From a virus (lineage: Duplodnaviria; Caudoviricetes), in the IMG/VR virus record IMGVR_UViG_3300012928_000006, positions 1 through 59,310 of that record: a stretch of 59,310 nucleotides of DNA, one strand, 5' to 3'. Positions 9,759 to 18,931 of the stretch are shown here, in pieces. The translations under genes and the position numbers were made by a program. Within the stretch, counting starts at the first letter, position 1. Each line of letters starts with the position of its first letter. The notes beneath the pieces are model-generated. The model was not told the origin of the DNA. It made no database searches and was given only the letters and a program-made list of their open reading frames with translations.

Positions 9759-9764
9759 TAAATA
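9759..9764 (+). promoter_or_regulatory. Late promoter TAAATA
   Basis: Upstream of the 9790 ORF; same 16-bp context as 4893-4908 (reverse strand). Confidence 0.65.
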
Positions 9765-9789
9765 CATTATACAGCTGGAACACTTATGA

Positions 9790-11391
9790 ATGAAATTAGT
9801 TGAATTAATATCCGAAGAAAAAATTATAATCAAAGAAGAAGCTATCAAGATTGAGCCATTGACAAGGTTGTCTGTTGGTGGTATAGATTATAAATGGAAT
9901 GAAAAAACTAAACAATGGGTAGATGCAAAGACAAACAATCCTGCTAAAGCAGGTGTTGCTGCTAAATTAACAAAAACATATAGAGATTTGAATGCAAAAC
10001 CTAGTTTTTCCGACCCAACTAAGGCAAGAGCTGTTCCGGTTAACAATGGATTTTTGGTCAACTTACAAGATCAAACCTTTAAATTTACTACAGAAAAAGA
10101 TGCAAACAAGTTTATTACCAAATTAAAAGGTGGTAAATCTATTCCTACTGCTCTAAAAGATTTCAAACCCGAGTCTTTCAAAGAATTAGGTAGAAATGCA
10201 TTTAATAAATTTAAAATAGGTGTATCATTAACTGCTGAACAAGCAGATGATTTAATTTCTAAAAGCAGTAGGCTTACAAAAATAGCAACTTCTCCATATT
10301 TTACTGGATTCTTCAAGTTGTTGGGTATACTTGGCATAAATGTTGCATTGTACAAAACATATATTATAAATTATGATCAAGTAGCGTCTACACCAGATTC
10401 TGAATTTAAGGAAGGCGGTGCCGCAGAAAAAGAAGAGTTACTAGATGTTATAACTGGTTTATTTGTTTCACAGGTTATTCTAGTTACATCTATGGCATTT
10501 AGAGTAATTAGAGTTGTTACACTTGTAAACCTTATACGTACTCCTATCAGAGCAATGCAACTAGGTGGTGCTGCCACTGGTGTTGGTACTGTACCTAGTT
10601 TGATTACAATGATTGTAACTGAAGCAGCATTTTGGGGTGCAACATATTTGTTGACTAGACCTGGTGTGCAAATGAAATTAGCAGAATACATAGCAAGCGT
10701 AGGCGCAAGTGTGTTCTTTGGCGCAGTAGGAGCAGCCGCAGATACTATTGCAGTTTCACTTAACTCCGTTACAAATGGTGCTCTAGGTGGAGCAACTTTA
10801 AGAGATGCACTAACATTCAAAAAAGGTGTAAAGAAAATGCCTACTGGTACTGCACACGCATCAAGCGAATGGGCAAAATTAGCATTCCAAGATATGATTT
10901 TTCCTCCGGATATGGAAAAAGTCAAAGTTCCTTATTTGATATTAGGAGACAGAACAAATGCAATATACGATGCATTAGAAATTGATCCTAGCCAAAGACC
11001 ATCTGCTGCATTGAAACCAAAACCAATGTCATCTGGACAACTTGGACAGTTGAGTGATTACGTGTTCCTTTACACACCAGAAATGGCAGACAAGCTAAAA
11101 GATACACACGAACTTGTTGCTGTTAGTGATAGAGCAGGGTCAAGACCAGGCGGTGAAAATCAAGAACTATATCTTGCTCCTACTCCTCAAGCATTGGCAA
11201 GTGCAACAGGACCTGAGGCAGCAAGTATTCCAATGCCAACAAATCGTGTAGTAACTAGAACAGGTACAAGGATTGAAAGAGATACAACTCAAGATCCAAC
11301 ACAGGATCCAATTGTAAAAATTGCAAGCGATGCTATCAATGCTACTAACACTAATCAATCACAAGCTGATGCAGCAATGGGTCCTAGATAA
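9790..11391 (+). CDS. Hypothetical protein with several hydrophobic segments; possible internal head/ejection protein
   Basis: 533-aa ORF behind a late promoter; N-terminus MKLVELISE; several long apolar Gly/Ala-rich stretches. Confidence 0.6.
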   Translation: MKLVELISEEKIIIKEEAIKIEPLTRLSVGGIDYKWNEKTKQWVDAKTNNPAKAGVAAKLTKTYRDLNAKPSFSDPTKARAVPVNNGFLVNLQDQTFKFTTEKDANKFITKLKGGKSIPTALKDFKPESFKELGRNAFNKFKIGVSLTAEQADDLISKSSRLTKIATSPYFTGFFKLLGILGINVALYKTYIINYDQVASTPDSEFKEGGAAEKEELLDVITGLFVSQVILVTSMAFRVIRVVTLVNLIRTPIRAMQLGGAATGVGTVPSLITMIVTEAAFWGATYLLTRPGVQMKLAEYIASVGASVFFGAVGAAADTIAVSLNSVTNGALGGATLRDALTFKKGVKKMPTGTAHASSEWAKLAFQDMIFPPDMEKVKVPYLILGDRTNAIYDALEIDPSQRPSAALKPKPMSSGQLGQLSDYVFLYTPEMADKLKDTHELVAVSDRAGSRPGGENQELYLAPTPQALASATGPEAASIPMPTNRVVTRTGTRIERDTTQDPTQDPIVKIASDAINATNTNQSQADAAMGPR

Positions 11392-11625
11392 TTACAGCAA
11401 TGGCATTTTTGCATTTTTAGTATTTTCAATATTGTCTTTTACAATTTTAGATATAATTTCTTGATCTTCCATATCGGTATCGTATAACAATGTATTCACA
11501 GAGATACCGCCTCTCATATACCAACTGAGTCTATAGATAGTGTCTTTTATTCTTTTTATATCATTCTCAAATTCATTGGCTAATTCTTCTACAGCACTAT
11601 CATCTAAGTAGATTAGCCTTTTGCG
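11392..11625 (-). CDS. gp51: gp51-like chaperone domain, probably made as a -1 frameshift extension of the gp26-like ORF
   Basis: Open frame RKRLIYLDDSAVEELANEFENDIKRIKDTIYRLSWYMRGGISVNTLLYDTDMEDQEIISKIVKDNIENTKNAKMPLL*. No start codon in its first 36 codons; begins at the slippery heptamer T TTT TTC. Confidence 0.65.
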   Translation of the reverse strand, partial: RKRLIYLDDSAVEELANEFENDIKRIKDTIYRLSWYMRGGISVNTLLYDTDMEDQEIISKIVKDNIENTKNAKMPLL

Positions 11626-12449
11626 AAAAAATCTGTTTGATCGATTGTGATACGTATTTTGTTTTCCGCATCACAGGCAGTGCATTTTACAGTTTCTTCT
11701 GGTAACAGCCACGTTTCGTATTGCTTGTCTATATGTGCTTTGATTGCTTTGAACATATCAACATCATAGCTTTCAATGAATTCGTAAATTGCTTTTTTGT
11801 CCTTTTCAACTTCACCATCAACTTCAATGCTGTTGATAGAAAGCAATATTGATTTCATATTCATTTTTGCAATTGATGATAAAATTTGATCAGTAGCTTT
11901 TGCTTTTTCATCTTCGTCTTTGATGTTTGGTATTTGTATACTCAATGCTCGTTGATAACCTACTGACTCTTTTTGTAAGTCAGTATAATCAGTATATGTC
12001 AAAGGAACAAAATTTATTTTGAAATCGTTGTAAGTTATACTGTCATCAAATTCTAATCTGTTCAAATATTCGATATACTTTGAAATATCAACTTCGTATT
12101 CATTTTCTTCGTTACATTTTTTGCAACGTTGACCAATTTGCATTTTTGGACCATAGGTTGCCATACGTATTGATAGCAACAAAGCATCAACATCTAAAGT
12201 AACCAAGCTAAATGGTTTTAGTATAGAAGGGATACAACTTTGAATATTTTTCGCAGTTGCTTGCCCGTTTATCAAAGCATCAGGTGTTCTATAAAGTATT
12301 TCATCATTAGCAGTCATACTAAACACTGCTAAATTTGAATACGAATCTTCATATAACACATTATTGCTATAATATTTGCCTTTACTAGGCAAATCTATAT
12401 AGATTTTTGGCTGTCTTGTATATTTTTTGAGAGGGCTTTCGTTTTCCAT
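11613..12449 (-). CDS. gp26: Baseplate hub assembly chaperone, gp26-like
   Basis: PKIYIDLPSKG, MTANDEI, D.DALLLSIR.ATYG, two CxxC motifs, C-terminal DFF. Confidence 0.75.
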   Translation of the reverse strand: MENESPLKKYTRQPKIYIDLPSKGKYYSNNVLYEDSYSNLAVFSMTANDEILYRTPDALINGQATAKNIQSCIPSILKPFSLVTLDVDALLLSIRMATYGPKMQIGQRCKKCNEENEYEVDISKYIEYLNRLEFDDSITYNDFKINFVPLTYTDYTDLQKESVGYQRALSIQIPNIKDEDEKAKATDQILSSIAKMNMKSILLSINSIEVDGEVEKDKKAIYEFIESYDVDMFKAIKAHIDKQYETWLLPEETVKCTACDAENKIRITIDQTDFFAKG

Positions 12450-12463
12450 AATTATTCCCTAGG

Positions 12464-12488
12464 TAAATACTAGTATAGAATATTTATA
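12464..12488. promoter_or_regulatory. Face-to-face late promoters serving the tape measure (+) and gp26 (-) genes
   Basis: TAAATA on + at 12464-12469 and TATAAATA on - at 12481-12488. Confidence 0.65.
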
Positions 12489-12514
12489 AACCAAAAACTG
12501 TAGGAGTGTGTCTT

Positions 12515-14623
12515 TTGGCTACTAACTTAGAAGAATTAATGACTGGTAGCGGTAATGCCTTGGCTTTCTTAGGAAGAGAAGCAAAAGGCGCAGGAAATGC
12601 AGTAGTTGGACTGGCAGGTAATTTACTATCTGGTAGTATGAAACTATCTGATTATAGTAAATCTTTAGAAACAAACACAAAAATATTAGGTAAACTAGGC
12701 AAAGTTGTAAACGCATTAACAATGTTTGCTGAAGAAAGTTTAGCAGAATATCAAAGTTTAACAGGCATTGGTGCAAGTTTTGGCAAGCAAATGACAGAAA
12801 TAAAAATTGCTGCTGCTGAACTTGGAATGACTGTTGAACAAATGACCAAACTGTTTAAAGACAATGCAGAAGGATTAAGTGCATTTGGTGGCAGCACTGA
12901 TACAGCAATCAGCAGATTTAGACAGTTTAGCAGTAGTGTTTTATCAAGTGATGTAGGATCTAATTTACGTAGATTAGGTTTTACAGTTGACGATATAAAT
13001 GAAAACTTGTTAACCTATGCAGAAATTGCTGAACAAGACAACCAACTAGAACGCAGTGTTGGTAGAGATAGAAATGCAAGTGCATTAGAGTTTGCAAAAG
13101 AGTTAGATGCACTGAGTAAACTTACAGGTAAGCAACGTGAAGATCTTGCAGATCAAATGAAAGAAGCAAGACGTCAAGGTGACGTGCAAGCATTCTTAAC
13201 TGGACAAAGTGCTGATGCAAGCGAAGCACTTACCACAGGACTAACAAAAATTGGTTCTACTATGGGGCCACAATTTTCTGAATTGTTCAAAGACTTGTTA
13301 ATACGTGGTGCTCCCACTACAGACGCAACTAGACAAGCATTTGTTGCATTAGGTGATAGTGCTGATGAATTTCAAGCACAAGTAGATGCATTTAGACAGG
13401 GTATGAATACAAATGATTTTAGTGCATTTGATCAAAGTATATCAAACACACAAGCAGCATTTACAAGTTATTTGAATACAGAAGAAGCTAGACAAATTGG
13501 TATGTTGGGCAACTTGACAGGCATAAGCCAAGCACAAAACCAATTGAGAGAAGATTCATATGTGTTTGCAAACAGATTAAATGCAGCTGGCGCTGCTGCT
13601 GAAGATACACTTGTAAAATTGCAAAGAATAACTGCTGAAATAGAACGTCAACAAGAAATCCAGATGAGTCAAGAAGATCCAAGGAATCTAATTGACGAAA
13701 CTATAAGATTGAACGAAGCAACACGTGAAATGGTGCTTGCAACACAACAAACAGCACTTAAAAACTTAGAAGAAATGGGCGTAAGTGCATTACAAAAAGT
13801 ACAAGATGCAATGCCTAGTGTTGGAGAGATAACAAACAGTCTGGGTGGTGTAGTTGACAATTTATTTAGAGCATCAGAGAACGTAGCAAAAGTTTACGAA
13901 GACGGTAGATTGGCACTTGATCGATTTGAAAATATGGAAGTTGGCGATGTTGGAAATATGATGGTAGGCGACTTAGGAGTAGCAACAAATGAGGGTGTAA
14001 AAGAAACTGCTGAAACATTATCAAAAGAAATTACTGATGCACGAAAAGAAGTTAAAGATACTGAACAAAAAATTGCACAATTACAGTTTAGACAAACAGA
14101 AGCTACACTTGCAGGACAATCTCAACAAGCTCAAGCAATAGGAGCAGAAATAGAACAGATGCAAGCAGAACTTTCTTCTGCCATAGTTAAAACAGGCGAA
14201 GCATTTACAAGAGCTAGAATCAACGATTATAAAACAAGAGGATTCACAGGCAGAGGTTTTGCAGATGGCGGTTATATTAGATCAGGAGAAATTGGTGTTA
14301 CAGGAGAAATGGGTCCAGAACTTATTTCTGGTCCAGGTAATGTGTTAAGCACAGAAAATACACGTAATTTAGTTACAGCAATGCGTGGATTGCGTTCACA
14401 GATTGACAATAATGCCACTTCGTCGTATAATAGTGACACTAATACGATAAGTAATAATATATCAGAAACAATGATGACTATGCTCGAAGGTAAATTAAAC
14501 ACACAAAATTCATTATTAGAAAGTTTGCTAAGAGTTGAAAGTAGTGCTGCTGATACAGGAAAAAGACAATTTAGAGCTACAAAAGGATTGAGCGGCAATA
14601 TGCTAAAAGGAATAGGCACGTGA
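12515..14623 (+). CDS. Tape measure protein (probable TTG start at 12515)
   Basis: About 700 aa, Ala/Gln/Leu-rich and helical; C-terminal GFADGG..GEIGVTGEMGPELI motif; AGGAG 8 nt before the TTG; adjacent to the chaperone genes. Confidence 0.75.
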   Translation: MATNLEELMTGSGNALAFLGREAKGAGNAVVGLAGNLLSGSMKLSDYSKSLETNTKILGKLGKVVNALTMFAEESLAEYQSLTGIGASFGKQMTEIKIAAAELGMTVEQMTKLFKDNAEGLSAFGGSTDTAISRFRQFSSSVLSSDVGSNLRRLGFTVDDINENLLTYAEIAEQDNQLERSVGRDRNASALEFAKELDALSKLTGKQREDLADQMKEARRQGDVQAFLTGQSADASEALTTGLTKIGSTMGPQFSELFKDLLIRGAPTTDATRQAFVALGDSADEFQAQVDAFRQGMNTNDFSAFDQSISNTQAAFTSYLNTEEARQIGMLGNLTGISQAQNQLREDSYVFANRLNAAGAAAEDTLVKLQRITAEIERQQEIQMSQEDPRNLIDETIRLNEATREMVLATQQTALKNLEEMGVSALQKVQDAMPSVGEITNSLGGVVDNLFRASENVAKVYEDGRLALDRFENMEVGDVGNMMVGDLGVATNEGVKETAETLSKEITDARKEVKDTEQKIAQLQFRQTEATLAGQSQQAQAIGAEIEQMQAELSSAIVKTGEAFTRARINDYKTRGFTGRGFADGGYIRSGEIGVTGEMGPELISGPGNVLSTENTRNLVTAMRGLRSQIDNNATSSYNSDTNTISNNISETMMTMLEGKLNTQNSLLESLLRVESSAADTGKRQFRATKGLSGNMLKGIGT

Positions 14624-16362
14624 GTTGGAAGAAATTTTTTACACCAGTACCAACAGCAGGTAATGCAAATGGAAGTTATAGTCCATTCAGTATGAAAGGA
14701 CAAGCTGGTCCTGGCCCTGCTGCTTCAAATTACAGTTCACATTTGCCAGATGTATATGTTGGTTCGCCAAATCGTATTGAACGTTACAATCAATACAATA
14801 CAATGGACAGCGATAGCGAAGTAAACGCTGCACTAGATATCCTAGCAGAGTTTTGTTCACAAAAAGCCAAGGACAACGATACACACTTTAACATTAATTT
14901 TAAGAAACAAGCAAATAATTCTGAAGTACAAATTTTAGGTGAGTATCTAAAACAATGGTGTAAGATACAACAATTTGATACACGTATGTTTCGTATCATA
15001 CGTAATTCATTTAAGTATGGCGATCAATTTTTTATTAGAGATCCTGAAACACAAAAATGGTTTCACGTGGATCCTAGTCAAGTAACAAAGATTATTGTTA
15101 ACGAAAGTGAAGGAAAACGTCCGGAGCAGTATGTAATAAAAAATCTTAACTTTGCCTTTGGTGCATTAGAAGCAACACCACTTAATCAGCAAAACAGTTA
15201 TGGCCCTGGAGGCACAGCAGGTTATCAAACAGTTAGCCAAAGAGCAGCCACAGGTTCAGCAACACCACCGTCTGGAACAAGCAGATGGCAAAGTGATCAA
15301 AGCGAAACATTTGTTGATGCAAATAATGTAATCCATTTAAGTATGAGCGAAGGCTTAGATCAAAACTTTCCTTTTGGTAATTCATTACTAGAAAGTATTT
15401 TTAAGGTATACAAGCAAAAAGAATTGCTTGAAGATGCGATTATTATCTATCGTGTCCAACGTGCGCCAGAGCGCAGAGTATTCTACGTTGATGTGGGCAA
15501 TATGCCTTCACACCTTGCTATGCAATTTGTGGAACGTGTTAAAACGGAAATACATCAAAGACGAATCCCATCCAAGACAGGTGGCGGTACGAATGTTATA
15601 GACTCGTCATACAACCCACTGTCAATCAATGAAGACTACTTCTTTCCACAAACTGCTGAAGGGCGTGGAAGTAAAGTTGAAACACTGCCTGGAGGTACAA
15701 ACTTAGGAGAGATTGATGATCTCAGATATTTTACCAACAAACTGGTTCGCGGCCTGCGTATACCTAGTTCCTACTTGCCTACTGGCGCCGACGACGGTGC
15801 ATCACAGTATAATGATGGACGAGTTGGTACAGCATACATTCAAGAGCTAAGATTCAACAAGTATTGTGAAAGACTTCAAGGAATGCTTGAAGAAGTATTC
15901 AATACAGAATTTAAATTATATCTAAAAAACAAAGGTGTAAATGTTGATTATTCAATGTTTGACTTAGATCTAACACCTCCACAAAACTTTGCTGCATATA
16001 GACAAGCAGAACTTGATAACAACAGAATTAGTACATTTAGCACAATTCAAGCAGTTCCATTTATGTCAAATAGATTTGCACTGAAACGTTTCTTAGGACT
16101 TAGTGATGAAGAGATTGCAGAGAATGAACGCTTGTGGATGGAAGAAAACCAAGATAACTTAGATGCAGCAGCACAAGAGCCTGCAATGGGAGCAGCAGGA
16201 TTGTCTGGAGCAGGAATAGCAGATGACTTTGGTGGACTTGAAACTGAACTTGGTGATACGGGTGAAACTGTAGATGCCGGAGATGGTACTGCACCAGAGA
16301 CTGCAACAGGTGCTGATATAGGAGGAGGAGCAGAGGCAGAGCCAACTGACCAAACTGTATAA
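14620..16362 (+). CDS. gp20: Portal protein
   Basis: LLEDAIIIYRVQRAPERRVFYVDVGNMP...EDYFFP..EGRGSKVETLPGGTNLGEIDDLRYF..KL.RGLRIP. Confidence 0.95.
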   Translation: MSWKKFFTPVPTAGNANGSYSPFSMKGQAGPGPAASNYSSHLPDVYVGSPNRIERYNQYNTMDSDSEVNAALDILAEFCSQKAKDNDTHFNINFKKQANNSEVQILGEYLKQWCKIQQFDTRMFRIIRNSFKYGDQFFIRDPETQKWFHVDPSQVTKIIVNESEGKRPEQYVIKNLNFAFGALEATPLNQQNSYGPGGTAGYQTVSQRAATGSATPPSGTSRWQSDQSETFVDANNVIHLSMSEGLDQNFPFGNSLLESIFKVYKQKELLEDAIIIYRVQRAPERRVFYVDVGNMPSHLAMQFVERVKTEIHQRRIPSKTGGGTNVIDSSYNPLSINEDYFFPQTAEGRGSKVETLPGGTNLGEIDDLRYFTNKLVRGLRIPSSYLPTGADDGASQYNDGRVGTAYIQELRFNKYCERLQGMLEEVFNTEFKLYLKNKGVNVDYSMFDLDLTPPQNFAAYRQAELDNNRISTFSTIQAVPFMSNRFALKRFLGLSDEEIAENERLWMEENQDNLDAAAQEPAMGAAGLSGAGIADDFGGLETELGDTGETVDAGDGTAPETATGADIGGGAEAEPTDQTV

Positions 16363-16365
16363 ATA
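16358..16365 (+). promoter_or_regulatory. Late promoter TATAAATA, 5 nt before the ATG (leaderless)
   Basis: Exact T4 late consensus; ATG at 16371; no Shine-Dalgarno. Confidence 0.75.
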
Positions 16366-16370
16366 ATATT

Positions 16371-16616
16371 ATGATACTTAGAGAACTTTTTTACTTTGAC
16401 AAAGATAACCTAGAGCCGATTGAAGATTTGACATATAGTCCTGCTGAGGATACAAGTGTGTTAAAAATTGACGATACAAGAAAAACTAGGCTTTCTCTAA
16501 AAGATATCAATAAAGCTCGTAAAGCTGCCGAAAGTCACCAAAAAGATACAGCACAAGAGCTTGAAAAGGTTAAACAAATGTACGGATTGGCTGCACAAGC
16601 AGCAGCGGCAGTTTAA
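16371..16616 (+). CDS. Hypothetical protein of the head gene cluster
   Basis: 81-aa ORF between the portal and core genes. Confidence 0.7.
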   Translation: MILRELFYFDKDNLEPIEDLTYSPAEDTSVLKIDDTRKTRLSLKDINKARKAAESHQKDTAQELEKVKQMYGLAAQAAAAV

Positions 16617-16629
16617 CAAAAGGTGACTA

Positions 16630-17244
16630 GTGTCAAACAAAAAAGTAGCATTTGTGCTTGGAAATGGTACAAGTCGTAAAATTATCAACCCGTTTGATTT
16701 AAAACAGCACGGAAAAATATATGGATGTAATGCACTATTTAGAACATTTGCACCTGACTATTTGGTTGCTGTTGATACTAAAATGATAATGGAAATACAA
16801 AAAACCAATTATCAACACAAACACGAAGTGTGGAGCAATCCTAACAAATTAACCAAGCAAGATCCTAACATAAACAAATTCAACCCAAATAAAGGTTGGA
16901 GCAGTGGGCCTACTGCTTTACATATGGCAAGTATGCACGATAATGCAGAAATATACATTTTAGGCTTTGATTATGTTGGTTTAGGCAAAGATAACGAACT
17001 TGTAAACAATATATATTCAGGCACTCAAAACTATAAAAACATAAACGATAGAGCCACTTATTACGGAAATTGGCAGCGTCAAACTATGGCCTGTATAAAT
17101 CAGTTTGTAAGGACTAAATACATTCGAGTAACGGAAAATGAGGAAAGCTATATACCGGATACGTTAAAAGATTGTAAAAATTTGAAACACATTACAATTG
17201 ATAGTTTTATTGATTTTTTTGGTATAACGCCATTAAAATCTTAA
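16630..17244 (+). CDS. Maf/DUF115-like or sialyltransferase-like nucleotide-sugar transferase
   Basis: VAFVLGNGTSR, IYGCNALFR..PDYLVAVD, SSGPTAL..A, IYILGFDY. Confidence 0.55.
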   Translation: MSNKKVAFVLGNGTSRKIINPFDLKQHGKIYGCNALFRTFAPDYLVAVDTKMIMEIQKTNYQHKHEVWSNPNKLTKQDPNINKFNPNKGWSSGPTALHMASMHDNAEIYILGFDYVGLGKDNELVNNIYSGTQNYKNINDRATYYGNWQRQTMACINQFVRTKYIRVTENEESYIPDTLKDCKNLKHITIDSFIDFFGITPLKS

Positions 17245-17291
17245 AATACGCTGTTTTGACCCCATTTTAAGCGTATATTTTCGAAAAAGTG

Positions 17292-17297
17292 TAAATA
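17292..17297 (+). promoter_or_regulatory. Late promoter TAAATA for the head operon
   Basis: Upstream of 17337; preceded by the palindrome TTTTCGAAAA. Confidence 0.65.
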
Positions 17298-17336
17298 TAA
17301 CTGACAGCCTTGTAAAGATAACTAAAGGAGATAACA

Positions 17337-18290
17337 ATGACTGAGCACAATAAGTTTGAAGAAATGCTTGAGCATCTTGTTAACGAAGATCGCGAAAAAG
17401 CAGCAGAACTTTTCCACGAAATCGTGGTTGAAAAATCAAGAGATATTTATGAATCACTACTAGAAGACGAAGATGAAGCAGTTGAAGAAACTACTGATGA
17501 AGAAGTAGATGAAGCAACTGATGAAGAAGTTGATGAGTCATCAGAAGATGATTTAGACGAAGCTACTGACGAAGAAGTAGAAGAGTCAAATGATGAAGAA
17601 GTTGAAGAAGCTACTTCTGAAGATGAAGTTGAAGAAGGTATCTTTGACGAGCCAGCAGTAGAAGCTGACCCAGCAGACGATATGATGGGCGACATTGAAA
17701 TGCCAGGAATGGACGATGAAGCACCAGCAGACGATATGGGTATGGGCGATGACGAAGAAGATGGCGACATCGAAGATCGTGTAATGGATCTAGAAGATGA
17801 ACTAGAAGCATTAAAAGCAGAATTCGAAGCAATGATGGATGATGAAGCACCAGGAGATGAAGATGGTGACGAAATGCCTATGGATATGGATTCAGAAGAA
17901 GGCGACGACGAAAAAGAAGAAGAAGCAGTCGCTTTTGAAGAAACTGATGAGGAAGTAGAAGAAGCTACTGACGAAGAAGTAGAAGAATCAAAAAATGAAA
18001 ACAAGTCACAAACAGAAATTATGCGTGAGTATACAGACAAAGTATCAGCATCAATGGGTGACAATGGCGCAAATGCAAAATCACCAGTAGCTGGAGCAAA
18101 TGATATGGGCGGAGACGCATCAAACATTGCAAAAGGCGGTGAAGAGTCAGGAATGACACCTGCAAAGCCAAAAGAAGATACCGCTGGTAACGTAAACGTT
18201 CCTGGTGGAAAAGCTGGCAAACCAATGGCAGCAAAAGCCCCTGCAAAGGGAGACGATGGCGCAAATAAGAAATCAACTATTGGCGCATAA
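17337..18290 (+). CDS. Very acidic prohead core/scaffold-associated protein
   Basis: Glu/Asp-rich EEVDEATD repeats; lies between portal and protease, the position of T4 gp67/gp68. Confidence 0.65.
   Translation: MTEHNKFEEMLEHLVNEDREKAAELFHEIVVEKSRDIYESLLEDEDEAVEETTDEEVDEATDEEVDESSEDDLDEATDEEVEESNDEEVEEATSEDEVEEGIFDEPAVEADPADDMMGDIEMPGMDDEAPADDMGMGDDEEDGDIEDRVMDLEDELEALKAEFEAMMDDEAPGDEDGDEMPMDMDSEEGDDEKEEEAVAFEETDEEVEEATDEEVEESKNENKSQTEIMREYTDKVSASMGDNGANAKSPVAGANDMGGDASNIAKGGEESGMTPAKPKEDTAGNVNVPGGKAGKPMAAKAPAKGDDGANKKSTIGA
17559..17986 (+). repeat. 26-bp intragenic direct repeat GAAGCTACTGACGAAGAAGTAGAAGA
   Basis: Copies at 17559-17584 and 17961-17986. Confidence 0.8.
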
Positions 18291-18300
18291 GGACTGACGA

Positions 18301-18918
18301 ATGAGACACTTAAACGAGCATCTGAGTTTTGACCAGGCTAAGATTGTAGTTGAGTCTGCTAATGACGGCAAAGACCTTTATATGAAAGGAATTTGTATTC
18401 AAGGCGGAGTCAAAAACGCCAATCAGCGTGTTTATCCCGTAAATGAGATTAGCAGGGCTGTCACCACACTCAACGAACAAATTAGTGGCGGCTACTCAGT
18501 GTTAGGCGAAGTCGATCATCCTGAAGGACTTAATATTAACTTAGATCGTGTATCACATATGATTAATGAAATGTGGATGGACGGTCCAAATGGTTATGGA
18601 AAATTAAAAGTACTACCAACTCCGATGGGACAATTAGTAAAAACAATGCTTGAAAGCGGAGTTAAACTAGGCGTTTCATCGAGAGGTAGTGGTGAAGTCG
18701 ACGGCGGCGGACAAGTTGCCGGATTCGAGATTATTACTGTGGACGTTGTGGCACAACCAAGCGCCCCCGGTGCGTATCCAACACCAATTTACGAACATTT
18801 AATGAACGAAAGAGGTGGATACAAGGCATTTTTAACTTCAAGAGAAGTCCAAGGCGACAAAAAGGCACAAAAGTATTTAAAAGAGAGTCTATTGAATATA
18901 ATAGACAGGCTCCAATAA
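18301..18918 (+). CDS. gp21: Prohead protease
   Basis: GICIQGGVKNANQRVYP, GEVDHP, RVSH, GVSSRGSG, DVVAQPSAPGAY. Confidence 0.93.
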   Translation: MRHLNEHLSFDQAKIVVESANDGKDLYMKGICIQGGVKNANQRVYPVNEISRAVTTLNEQISGGYSVLGEVDHPEGLNINLDRVSHMINEMWMDGPNGYGKLKVLPTPMGQLVKTMLESGVKLGVSSRGSGEVDGGGQVAGFEIITVDVVAQPSAPGAYPTPIYEHLMNERGGYKAFLTSREVQGDKKAQKYLKESLLNIIDRLQ

Positions 18919-18931
18919 CGAGGAGAAATTA

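Noticed and set aside
17447-18220. 257-aa Ser-rich antisense ORF and the many other antisense ORFs in the track
   Set aside because: Shadow frames produced by the codon bias of the real genes on the opposite strand.
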